Positions 22,332-31,997 of a DNA stretch of 64,000 bases are shown here, piece after piece. Below the pieces are notes generated by a model, which saw nothing but the letters and a program-made list of their open reading frames with translations, did no database searches and was not told the origin of the DNA. Each line of letters begins with the position of its first letter. Within the stretch, counting starts at the first letter, position 1. The translations under genes were made by a program, and so were the position numbers. The stretch lies in the NCBI GenBank assembly GCA_965603825.1, contig CBFDEM010000011.1:248001-312000 (forward strand), read 5' to 3'. The stretch comes from Blepharisma stoltei ATCC 30299. Its lineage: Eukaryota > Protista > Ciliophora.

Positions 22332-23170
22332 AATTATATTTAATTAATTGTATTTTTGCATATTAGTTAAAAAAAGTTATAATTTAGACTAGAAAAGTTC
22401 ATTCATTTTACTAGATTTTTATTTCTTCCTGAAATAAATTATCTAATAGATTAGAGCCGGCCAAATTGCATACAAAAATTGCTATGCTCAATTTGGGTTG
22501 CTTTTTATAGCATTTATTATACTTGGTACTTTTGATGTTGGAGAAATGAATAATATAAAGTATCAAAAACTTATAAATATAAATACAGAGTTGGTATAGG
22601 ATCACTCGATTTAAAAACCATGAAAATAGCATGGGTTAATGATTTAAATTTACTTAGCAGAATAGCAATAAAAAAAAAGTTGGAGCAAATTTTTTTGCTT
22701 GGAAATAAATTTTTCAAAGGTATTCATAGTCGGAAAAAAATGTAAGCCAAGATTTAAATTTTCATTTGAATCTTTCGGTATCTCATATATAATTTTTGCA
22801 TTTATGCTGGTAAATAAAATTTAATAGTAGCATCAATTATAGGCAATTATTTTTATTTAATTTAGATAAACGATTATTTCATATTAATCACTTAATCTTA
22901 ATTTAAAATAGAAGTATAAAGTTGCTTAAAGAATTAATTTATTCTTTATGCCTATTAAATCGTGGTATTTTATCGTCGATAATATTTGCAACCTGTTTGC
23001 TTATACAATGATGACGAAGATATGATAAAATATTTGATTAAAATATATGAGGATCAAGCAATATTTTTGATTCGAAATTAGAAAACCTGAGCGAGCTTTG
23101 GATCTATTTAATAACTGCAACATTAATTTCAAGAAAATACCATTTTGATAATCGATATATAAGCCACCTA

Positions 23171-23776
23171 TTAACAGCAACCCTTCTTTTTGGTTCCAGC
23201 TGGTGCTTTTGTGACCTTCACGCTGTTTGCTGCTCCTGCAGCCTCTCCGAGCCTTTTATCTTTAATTTCCTTCGCAATGTGAAGGAAAGTTTCATTTACG
23301 TTGATGTTAGTTTTCGCACTCGTTTCAAAAAACTGGATGCCAAGTTCATTTGCTAAGGCTTGTCCTTGTTCTGTCGATATTTTTTTATCAGGTCTGTCGC
23401 ATTTGTTTCCTATGAGGACCTTAGCTACATTTTCGTTGGCATGCATTTTGATTTGTTGAACCCAGTTTCTGATGTTGTTGAATGACTTTTCTTCAGTACA
23501 GTCATATGCGAGAATGATCCCCATAGCTCCTTTATAGTAAGTTTGCGTGATTGTTCTAAAACGTTCTTGGCCTGCTGTGTCCCAGATTTGTAGTTTGATG
23601 GTTTTCCCTTCGATATCGATTGTTTTCAATTTGAAGTCGATTCCTATAGTGGTGAGGTGGGATGCTGTGAAATTGTCGTCTGAAAAACGAAGAAGGAAAC
23701 AGGTTTTTCCTACTCCTGAGTCACCTATGATAAGAAGCTTAATAAGGTAATCGTATTGAGTTGAACTCCTAGCCAT
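23171..23776 (-). CDS. RAB8: Rab8/Sec4-type small GTPase
   Basis: [54 protein letters not shown]-terminal CC. Confidence 0.93.
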   Translation of the reverse strand: MARSSTQYDYLIKLLIIGDSGVGKTCFLLRFSDDNFTASHLTTIGIDFKLKTIDIEGKTIKLQIWDTAGQERFRTITQTYYKGAMGIILAYDCTEEKSFNNIRNWVQQIKMHANENVAKVLIGNKCDRPDKKISTEQGQALANELGIQFFETSAKTNINVNETFLHIAKEIKDKRLGEAAGAANSVKVTKAPAGTKKKGCC

Positions 23777-24254
23777 TACTGAAAATTATAACTAATATAA
23801 TAGAGCGTATCAGAAATGGATTATAGAAGTCTAATTTTAAAAATCTATAGATTTTATAAGAAAGAAGAGATAAAGAGAAAACGATTTGGTGAAAGCTGAA
23901 GGCTAATTTAAATCACTTTAGAAATTTGTCTCCATATTTAAAAGTTTTTACATTTTAATAGTAAGCATAGATGTATCATAATGAATAAAGAAGATCTTTA
24001 AAATTTTTATCTAGTATTAAATCGGTCTCTTTATTCGGAATTGAAATAATATAGCCGCTATTTTGGAAAATTTTAATGAATTTTATATATAAATTAATTT
24101 ATATTTTCGAATAATTACTATTTAAAGTTTAAATTCTGCATCAAGCTTTGTGATCATAAAGTTTTAAAATGTGTTTGCATTATATAATAGAGATTCCGCC
24201 CATTTATTTAAAATTTTTGTTAAAATACTTATAGATTTAACCTTTTAATCAAAG

Positions 24255-25247
24255 TTATAGGTTAAAATATGCAGTTGCACTGTCAGGGAACTCAGTAAAG
24301 ATTCCATCCACATTTTCATATAAAAGCTTCAAGTAATACTCTTTAACTGTGAATCCCTTTGGTAAGACATCATCTCTAATTGTCCATGGATGAACGAATA
24401 AATCGTTCTGATGGGCCAAAGCCACAAATCCAGTGCTATCAAACTTCCCATTAAACAAGAACCCTAAATTAGGGCCAACTCCATGAACAATGCTTGCATA
24501 CTCTGTCATATTATAAGGTAGTCCTGCACCTGAGTCAATCAAATAAACCAATGGAAGATCTGTTACATTTGAGAAGAACTGCAAAGTTTCTAATTCAAAG
24601 CACTGCAAAATGATTGGGCATCTCTCAGAAGCACCTTTCAAGTCATCTACTCCAAATTTCTTTAATGTATCAAGCAGCATTTGCTGTACAGGGAACCCTT
24701 TAGAGTTATAATAGGCAGGATTTTTCAGCTCAATATAAGCTCCAACCAAAGGCTTTTTGTTCTTTTTTCTCTCCTCATTTTGATTTACAGCCCACTGTAA
24801 AGCTTCATCAATCGTAATTTTATCAAGCAAATAGTTGAAAGTTGCAGGGCGAAATGACAGTCTTTGTTTAGCTTTAAGCTGCTTTATTTGTTCAAGTGTA
24901 AAGTCTTCAACAAACCAGCCAGTTTCTGTAACATTTCCTGAGTAGGTTTGAACAACCTTTGTTGTATGGAGGTAGGCGAATTGAGGAAGTAACTCCACAT
25001 TTGAAGTTTCGTTGAGCAGGTTATCGTGGTTAATGACTAAGTGGAAATCTTTGGTTGGGTTAAGATCTGGCTCTATATAATCAGCTGACATATAAGCTGC
25101 GACATCATATGCTTGCAAAGTATGTTCAGGAATGTAACCACTCGCACCCCTATGCGCTATGTTCAAAGGTCTCTTTAGATTTTTTAGATAAGGAGCAAGT
25201 GTTTGTTTTGCAATAGCAACTGATATAAGAACAGTTATAAGCCACAT
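24255..25247 (-). CDS. Secreted glycerophosphodiester phosphodiesterase (GlpQ-like)
   Basis: Signal peptide, IAHRGASGYIPEHTL.AY, IEPD..TKD..LV..HD, YIELK, VHPWT.R, VDGIFTEFPD. Confidence 0.93.
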   Translation of the reverse strand: MWLITVLISVAIAKQTLAPYLKNLKRPLNIAHRGASGYIPEHTLQAYDVAAYMSADYIEPDLNPTKDFHLVINHDNLLNETSNVELLPQFAYLHTTKVVQTYSGNVTETGWFVEDFTLEQIKQLKAKQRLSFRPATFNYLLDKITIDEALQWAVNQNEERKKNKKPLVGAYIELKNPAYYNSKGFPVQQMLLDTLKKFGVDDLKGASERCPIILQCFELETLQFFSNVTDLPLVYLIDSGAGLPYNMTEYASIVHGVGPNLGFLFNGKFDSTGFVALAHQNDLFVHPWTIRDDVLPKGFTVKEYYLKLLYENVDGIFTEFPDSATAYFNL

Positions 25248-25921
25248 TGGACTATAAGCTTTAATGATATCAAATTTCAGTAGAGAAAATGTTGTAATAT
25301 AGATGTCATCAAAATATAATTAAAATCAAAATTTATAAAAATTATCTGGATTAATAGGTAGCACCTTTATTTAGAATCATATATTTTTTAATAAGATAGA
25401 AAAAATATCTAATTTTACGAAACTTATGATTTCTCTTCTGGGTTCAATATTAATGCATGAATGAGCTTATGACATCTGTGGATATTTAGGTTTTCTGATA
25501 AATGATCTTATAATGAATCACTTTAAACTGCAGTATCTATATTTGGTTCAAAAGTTATTTTAAAATTTTTCACCTACTTATTATTGATAAACATTATAAA
25601 TCTAAAACAAGATTTCTCCATTATTAATCTGCAAAGTAAACTCTTTAATCAACAGTAACAATTTCCCAATATTTATAATACTTTAATTAATGATTCTTAA
25701 TAGGTATTTTTTTGGTGATTTAATAATTTTAATAGCAAATTCTTCTATCTAGTTGCTACATTCAAAGCTTAGTCTTTAGCTTATTCCTATTTGTGGTCTA
25801 GTAAATGATAAAAAGCTCACCATTTTCTTCACTGTAATTTCAGTGCAAATATATTTACTTTACATAAAGGTCAAATGGTTTTTTAAATTTTCTTTAAATT
25901 AACTTATCACATAAACCAAAT

Positions 25922-26734
25922 ATGGGTACTTGCGTTTCTGCTAATTCAGCTAATAAAGTAGTCTCAATCAAAATAGATAACACCAATTCTAGAGAAACTG
26001 AGCACTCTCCTGCTGATAAACGGTACAGTAGTAACCCGAATAGAAAAATCCTTCTAGACTACTATGCAGCAGCCCGCAGCCAAATGCATAGAAAAATTAA
26101 ACAATTATTCGAAATCATTTTTTCAGGAGACCACTTAGACACCAAAGAAATTAATTTAAATTTCACAAAAATTGATGTAGTCAGCATTTATCATTTAAAA
26201 ACAGTTCTACAGTATTTTGAGAACTTAAAATCTCTTTGTCTGTGGAAAACTGGGATTGTATCAAGAGACTTAAAAAGACTCTCCAAATCGTTTGAGACGT
26301 TGACTAAGCTTGAAACTTTAAACATTCAAGGGAATAATATTGATACAGAAGGTGGAAAATATTTATCAGGGATTCTTCGCAAAACTAAGCAGCTTAAAGT
26401 GCTTTATTTGAGCGAAAACCAATTAGGCTATGAAGGGTGTATTAGTTTTGCACCATGCTTGAGGTCAATTTCAAATTTAGAGCAGCTAGCTTTGGATGAG
26501 AATAAAATCCAAGATGAAGGGCTAGCAGCACTTGTACCGAACTTGCTTGCTATGACGAACTTAAAATATTTGGGGTTAAGATATAATGACTTAACTGCAA
26601 ATTCTAAAAACAACTTAGAACTTTTGGTAACATCATTAGCAAACTTAAAAACTATTGGGCTGAGAGATAATGAAGTTCCTGATAGTGTGATACAGGTCAT
26701 TAAATTCCGTGCTCCAAAGATAGAGTTTCTTTAA
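25922..26734 (+). CDS. RNI-like leucine-rich-repeat protein with predicted N-acylation (MGTC)
   Basis: Repeated L..L.L..N.I...G...L units of about 28 aa. Confidence 0.88.
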   Translation: MGTCVSANSANKVVSIKIDNTNSRETEHSPADKRYSSNPNRKILLDYYAAARSQMHRKIKQLFEIIFSGDHLDTKEINLNFTKIDVVSIYHLKTVLQYFENLKSLCLWKTGIVSRDLKRLSKSFETLTKLETLNIQGNNIDTEGGKYLSGILRKTKQLKVLYLSENQLGYEGCISFAPCLRSISNLEQLALDENKIQDEGLAALVPNLLAMTNLKYLGLRYNDLTANSKNNLELLVTSLANLKTIGLRDNEVPDSVIQVIKFRAPKIEFL

Positions 26735-27072
26735 TGGCCTATAGTTAGTAACCAATAAAATTGTCTAAGATTTTAAGTAAGCACCAATTTTAATGATATA
26801 AAGTTCTTTTAATAAGAATCGCCGCACAATCTCCAAATAATAATTATAAATAACGATTCTGATATTAAACCTAGCCTGCTTAATTGTTGAAAATGTTTTA
26901 TTGATATTATTTTAAATTATTAATTTTGATTTTCTATTTTACTAGCTTTTAAGTCATAAGTTTATTTCTAATTGAAAATTGCAATATGAAGTTTTATTAT
27001 TATAAACATTAGAGAATTGTTTAAAGTAAATATTGAGCAATTTGATTAATAATAATTTGTATGTGAGATAAT

Positions 27073-28206
27073 TTAATTTATGTCAGCACTGCTCATTTCT
27101 CTGTCATTTATCGGTTTTGATTTTTGAATTTCTGATTTCAATTTGTCAATTTTTTGTTGTTGATCTTGGATAATTTCTTTAAGTTCTTTTATTTTTTGTT
27201 CCTCAATTTGTATCATAGATTGTCTTACTCCAGGTCTTTGCAGAGCAATTGGCCCAAATTCTAGTTCTTCCAGCTCATCTTGCAGATTTTGTTTTTTTAC
27301 ATCGATGCTGCTTATTTCTGTGTTTATATCTGATATCTCTTTAATAAACAATTTATTTTCATCTTGAACAGCTTTAATCTGGTCCAGTAATTCCTCTATT
27401 TCTTCTCTGAACTTTTCTTCTTTCTCTCTTCTTTTTCTTTGCTTGTTATTTTCTCCAGGGGGTGGTGCTTTTTTCTCATCAAGCTTTCTGAGGAGTCTTA
27501 CATTTTCATCTTGCTTTTCCGCGAGCAAATTTCTAAGATCTCCAATTTCATCTTTTTCGCCACACTTATTATTTTTCAAGCTAAATAACTCTTTTTCTAA
27601 CTCATCCAGGATTCTATCTTTTTCATTTCTTTCCTCTTCAGTTGTTGTTAGGCTAGATTTTAACCCCTCGAATTTTTTCGAAATTTCATCTCTTTGTGAT
27701 TTTAATGCATCAACAGACAGCTGCTGCTCTGCAATTTCCAGACTTACCTCTTTTTGCACTTGTTCTAGTTTTTCTTCAAGTTGGCCTTTTTCTTTTATTG
27801 ATTGCTGAGTTTCTCGTTTTAGGCTTTCTAGCTGCAGCTCAAGCAGGTCTTTTTCTGATCTTGCTCTATTGAGCTCTATGCTGTAACCTTCAGAAATTCT
27901 GTTTTCCTTTGATTTTTGGAAGCAAGCATTGCAGATACGCTGAGGTTTTTCAAAATCAGGATGCATTGCCCTTGCTTTTGAGCAATCCCCACATGTGCCT
28001 CTCCAGCAGAACTTGCAGCGAAATTTCTTTTCGTTTATCAGAGAAATTTTGCTTCCAAATTTTTTCTTGCAGATATGACAAACTTTGTCTTTTTTCCATT
28101 GCTGCTCATTAGGCGCAATATCGATATAAGCCTCATAGATAGACTTGCTAGCATCCCCAAATGAACCATTATTACTTGAAGTATCTGATTTATTATCTTC
28201 GTCCAT
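27073..28206 (-). CDS. FYVE zinc-finger plus coiled-coil protein
   Basis: W..D..CHICKKKF...CKFCWRGTCGDCS...RICNAC followed by a long coiled coil. Start taken at MDEDNK (28206). Confidence 0.85.
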   Translation of the reverse strand: MDEDNKSDTSSNNGSFGDASKSIYEAYIDIAPNEQQWKKDKVCHICKKKFGSKISLINEKKFRCKFCWRGTCGDCSKARAMHPDFEKPQRICNACFQKSKENRISEGYSIELNRARSEKDLLELQLESLKRETQQSIKEKGQLEEKLEQVQKEVSLEIAEQQLSVDALKSQRDEISKKFEGLKSSLTTTEEERNEKDRILDELEKELFSLKNNKCGEKDEIGDLRNLLAEKQDENVRLLRKLDEKKAPPPGENNKQRKRREKEEKFREEIEELLDQIKAVQDENKLFIKEISDINTEISSIDVKKQNLQDELEELEFGPIALQRPGVRQSMIQIEEQKIKELKEIIQDQQQKIDKLKSEIQKSKPINDREMSSADIN

Positions 28207-28320
28207 TTTGATATATTTCTCGCCAAAGCAATTTAATTTTACATTATGACGGTAATAAAAAATAATAAAAGCCATATGAAGAATTAATAAAGAATTAGAT
28301 GAGATAATATCCTTAATAAA

Positions 28321-29703
28321 ATGAAACTTGATGCCACCATCTTACGATACATAACCAAGGACGAAATCCGAGTCCTTACTGCTATCGAGATGGGCATGAA
28401 AAACCATGAAGTAGTCCCTGTTCAGCTTATAGAAAGCATTGCAAAGCTCAAGCGTGGTGGCACTTTCAAGATTATCCAAGGTCTTCTCAAATACAAATTA
28501 ATCCAGCATCTGAATAAGCAGTATAGTGGTTACTCACTGACATATCAAGGGTATGATACTCTTGCAATCCACACATTTATGAAGCGTGGGCATATAAGAG
28601 AAATAGGGAGCATGATAGGAACAGGCAAAGAAAGTGATATTTATCTTTGCGTGGATAATGATGGGAATGAAATCGTATTAAAACTAGCAAGGCTTGGAAG
28701 AATTTCATTTCGTCAAGTAAAAAATAAAAGAGACTATTTGAATGGAAGAAGCAGGCATAATTGGCTTTATTTGTCAAGATTAGGAGCTATTAAAGAATTT
28801 ACTTTTATGGAAGCTTTGCATGGCGCTGGGCTACCTGTGCCATCTCCTATAAGCCAAAATCGCCATGCAATTCTTATGTCTTTATTGCCAGCCACAACCT
28901 TATTGAATGTAAAAAGAATGGAAAGACCACAAAAAGTCCTTAATGAAGCCATTGATATTGCTATAAGAATTGCAAGACTTGGTCTTGTCCACTCAGATTT
29001 TAACCAATTTAATATATTAGCGAGTGAAGACGAAAAAATTTATGTTATTGATTTTCCACAGATGGTAAGCAGAAATCATAAAAATGCCAATGAGTTCTGG
29101 ATGAGGGATTTAGAATGTCTTAACAGTTATTTTTCAAGGAGATTTGAAGTAGAGTGCGCGGAGTTTCCAAAGCTAGAAGACATTGAAATTGAAAGAAACT
29201 TGGATGAAGAAATCAAAGCAAGCGGCTATGTGAAGCAAGGGCTCAATAAAAAAGAAATTGAAGACTTGGAACAATTAAATTTGGTCAACTTAAAGGAAGA
29301 TGCAAATTTAGAAGAAAATGAAGAAGAAGAAGGAGAGGAAGAGGAAAATGAAGAAGGATTAGAAAATAATGAAGAAAATAAAGAAAACAGTGAAGAAAGT
29401 TTAAGTGAAGAAGAAGAAGAAGAGAGCAAGCCAGAAGAAGATGAAAATAAAAGTAATGAAGAAAAAGAAAGCCAGACTATAGAAAAAGAGCAAAAAGAGC
29501 CTGAAGAAACAGAAAGCCAAACTGCAGTAAAAGAAGAAAATAAACCTGGAGAAACAGAAATAGAAAAAGAGGCTGAACGCTCAGAAAAGCTCCCAACACA
29601 AGATCAAATTAAATACAAAATCAAAAAGCAGCTCTCAAAGCAAAATAAGGTCAAGCTTCACCAAAACAAAGTCAAAGGCGCGATATCAATGAAAGAGTTT
29701 TAA
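28321..29703 (+). CDS. RIO2: Atypical kinase RIO2 (40S biogenesis)
   Basis: RVLTAIEMGMKNHEVVP, GYDTLA, IGTGKESDIY, RLGR.SFR.VKNKRDY, HSDFNQFN, IDFPQMVS, acidic tail. Confidence 0.96.
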   Translation: MKLDATILRYITKDEIRVLTAIEMGMKNHEVVPVQLIESIAKLKRGGTFKIIQGLLKYKLIQHLNKQYSGYSLTYQGYDTLAIHTFMKRGHIREIGSMIGTGKESDIYLCVDNDGNEIVLKLARLGRISFRQVKNKRDYLNGRSRHNWLYLSRLGAIKEFTFMEALHGAGLPVPSPISQNRHAILMSLLPATTLLNVKRMERPQKVLNEAIDIAIRIARLGLVHSDFNQFNILASEDEKIYVIDFPQMVSRNHKNANEFWMRDLECLNSYFSRRFEVECAEFPKLEDIEIERNLDEEIKASGYVKQGLNKKEIEDLEQLNLVNLKEDANLEENEEEEGEEEENEEGLENNEENKENSEESLSEEEEEESKPEEDENKSNEEKESQTIEKEQKEPEETESQTAVKEENKPGETEIEKEAERSEKLPTQDQIKYKIKKQLSKQNKVKLHQNKVKGAISMKEF

Positions 29704-29715
29704 TTTACAAAATTT

Positions 29716-31233
29716 TTACTGATCTTTTAGTTTTCCAATTAAATCTTCCAAATCTAAAATATTGGTTCTATACAGCTCATTTGGATAAAATTCTTTATAT
29801 TCAGATGAATGCATAGGATGAGGAATATGATCTTCTTTTCTATTAATTAAGCTCCCTGCTAATGACTTATAAGCCTGAACTAATTTAGCTATTTGATCTT
29901 CCCCTTCTTTTAAATTTTCCAGCTCTTTTATTGTTGCCAAATCCTTTTCAGTAGCATTAGCATTGATTTTGTCCGTAAAATCAATAATCCCTTGCAATGG
30001 CTTTCTAATAGATTGCGATAAGAAAAAAATCAGGACAACAATTATGATAATAATAGCTACTGAGGTAAAAATAGTAATAAGAATAAGTGTGGTTCCTGTG
30101 TTTTCTATTTCTGTTTTGCTATCTTCTTTATATTGCATTATATCTTGCTCTTTAATAAACATCATTAAGATATAATACCAATCAGATGTAGCGTTTAACG
30201 TTTCTGAAGAAATTGGATAAGTAGCAACTCTATGTATTTGATTATCATCTATCATATAATGAATACTCTCTGGATTATCCAAAACATCAGACCAAAACTC
30301 ATTATCAGAAATATTATTCATATTCGTATGTTCATTGCTTCATCACCCTGGAGCATTTGCTTTTAAAATATCTCCATTTTGATAAACTAACGCAATTTCT
30401 CCATATCCTATATAATTAAGAATTGACATTTCTTGACTTATTGACTGTATATTTATATCAGCAACAAAAATGCCTATCAGGCTTCCATCACTATGATAAA
30501 GAGGCTCAGCTAACGAAAAAATATAACTTCCATTGCCAAGCTTATCTTCATAAGCATTGGTAGCTGTGCTACTTTTATTATTTTCTATAAAAGTTGTATA
30601 TCATAATTCTGTTTGTGGGTTATAGCCATCTGGGAATTTCAAGCCAGGAAAAGCTAATATAAAATTAGCTTGCTCAAAATAAATTAAATATCTTATAGCT
30701 GTGGAGTTTGTTAGGTCATAAATTACCCATCAAAAATTGTCGAACCGCGAAACTTTTTTAAGCAGATCTTTGTCATAAATATCGCTAAAATTCATAAAAG
30801 TGCTGAAATTAAAGGAAACTGAGTTGACGCCGTATATAGCTTCTGTATATAAAGAACTTTCAGGGATTTCTTCATATGTATGATACTCCAAATAATCCAA
30901 TGAAAAGCTGTTTTCATCTCGAATCATATTAACAAGCATTTCCCTTATAAAAGAACCCATAATTGTAACTTCAGAAAAAGTTGAATACAAATAAGCCCCA
31001 CCTCCTCTTATAATAGCCATCATGCTATCTGAAGCTTCTTCACTTAAAGTCTTTTCTACCTCAAGCAAAATCTGCTCTCTTAAAATGCTCATATTTAGCA
31101 GTACAAGGCAAATAACTAAAGAAAGGACCAAAATCATAACCATCAGGTAGCATACAAGCATTTGTCGTCTCATCGATCATTTTTTGCTGACATTTGTAAT
31201 CTCTGTCCAAATATGTTTAAAGCCTAGACACAT
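29716..31233 (-). CDS. Two-TM membrane protein with extracellular dCache-like domain and cytosolic HAMP-like segment
   Basis: One frame across both track ORFs via TGA=Trp. TM1 (LVCYLMVMILVLSLVICLVLL), YNPQTELWY...AYED...LIGIFVADI, TM2, then SIRKPLQGIIDFTDKI...DQIAKLVQAYKSL. Start is 31233 or 31173. Confidence 0.75.
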
Positions 31234-31248
31234 TTAATTATTTCTAAA

Positions 31249-31887
31249 ATGGAAAGGGAATCAGTCTTTGCTCCAAGCACAGAAGTGAAAAATTATGATA
31301 TTGTATAGTTTATATAGCAAGATATTTATGACCTCGAAGACTGTTTAGATATTTTTGAATCAATAGTTCAAGATCTGAAAATTCCCAATAAGAAAAAAAG
31401 TGAGATTAGTGAAGTATTCTATATATAGCTTATGGCTAAGTATGTTTATATGGAAGACTCTGTATTAGAAGGCTTAGAGAAGCTACCAAAAGTCGCGAAA
31501 ACAGATAAAATGCAAAAAGTAAAAATAAGGTAGAGATTGCTTGATGATATGCAGAAATTCAATGAATTAAGCTGCGATTTTCAAGACTCTTGGAATAATG
31601 AATATTGGTCAGTCTATGAGTTGACAAGAGAAGGATATGACTCAAATAGCATGAAAAACCAAGAGCAAGTGCCAGGAAAAACTATAAAGCAAATTTCTCA
31701 ACAATTGTATGATTTGCAAGACATGGCTCTTGTTTTAAGCAGGATGAGTCGTGGACCTGAAGACTCCAAAGACATTCATGGCTGCCAGTCACTAGCAGCT
31801 ATAGATGAAGAAGCTCAAAAATACAAAGAGCCAACTATAAAAAAGCAAGCCAATAAGCGAAACTGTGAGCAATGCATCTTGTATTAA
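31249..31887 (+). CDS. Uncharacterised protein (3 exons) with C-terminal CaaX-like end (CEQCILY)
   Basis: ATG 31249; two phase-0 15-nt introns (31303-31317, 31414-31428) link in frame to the track ORF 31537-31887. Confidence 0.75.
31303..31317 (+). other. 15-nt intron GTATAGTTTATATAG
   Basis: GT-AG ends, A10, removes in-frame TAG stops. Confidence 0.82.
31414..31428 (+). other. 15-nt intron GTATTCTATATATAG
   Basis: GT-AG ends, A10, removes an in-frame TAG. Confidence 0.82.
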
Positions 31888-31997
31888 TGTATATATCTCT
31901 ATACATCCATTTCTACTAATATATTTAATATTTCCAAAAGAAAAATACCTTAATATTAAAGATAAACCTGGATTTTCCTTTTTTTCCACTTCCAGTC

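Noticed and set aside
24255-25247. Bacterial-like genes (GlpQ-type GDPD, YjbQ, DTW) as horizontal transfer or contamination
   Set aside because: These families are widespread in eukaryotes, and the genes share local composition, code and packing. Phylogeny would be needed to claim transfer.
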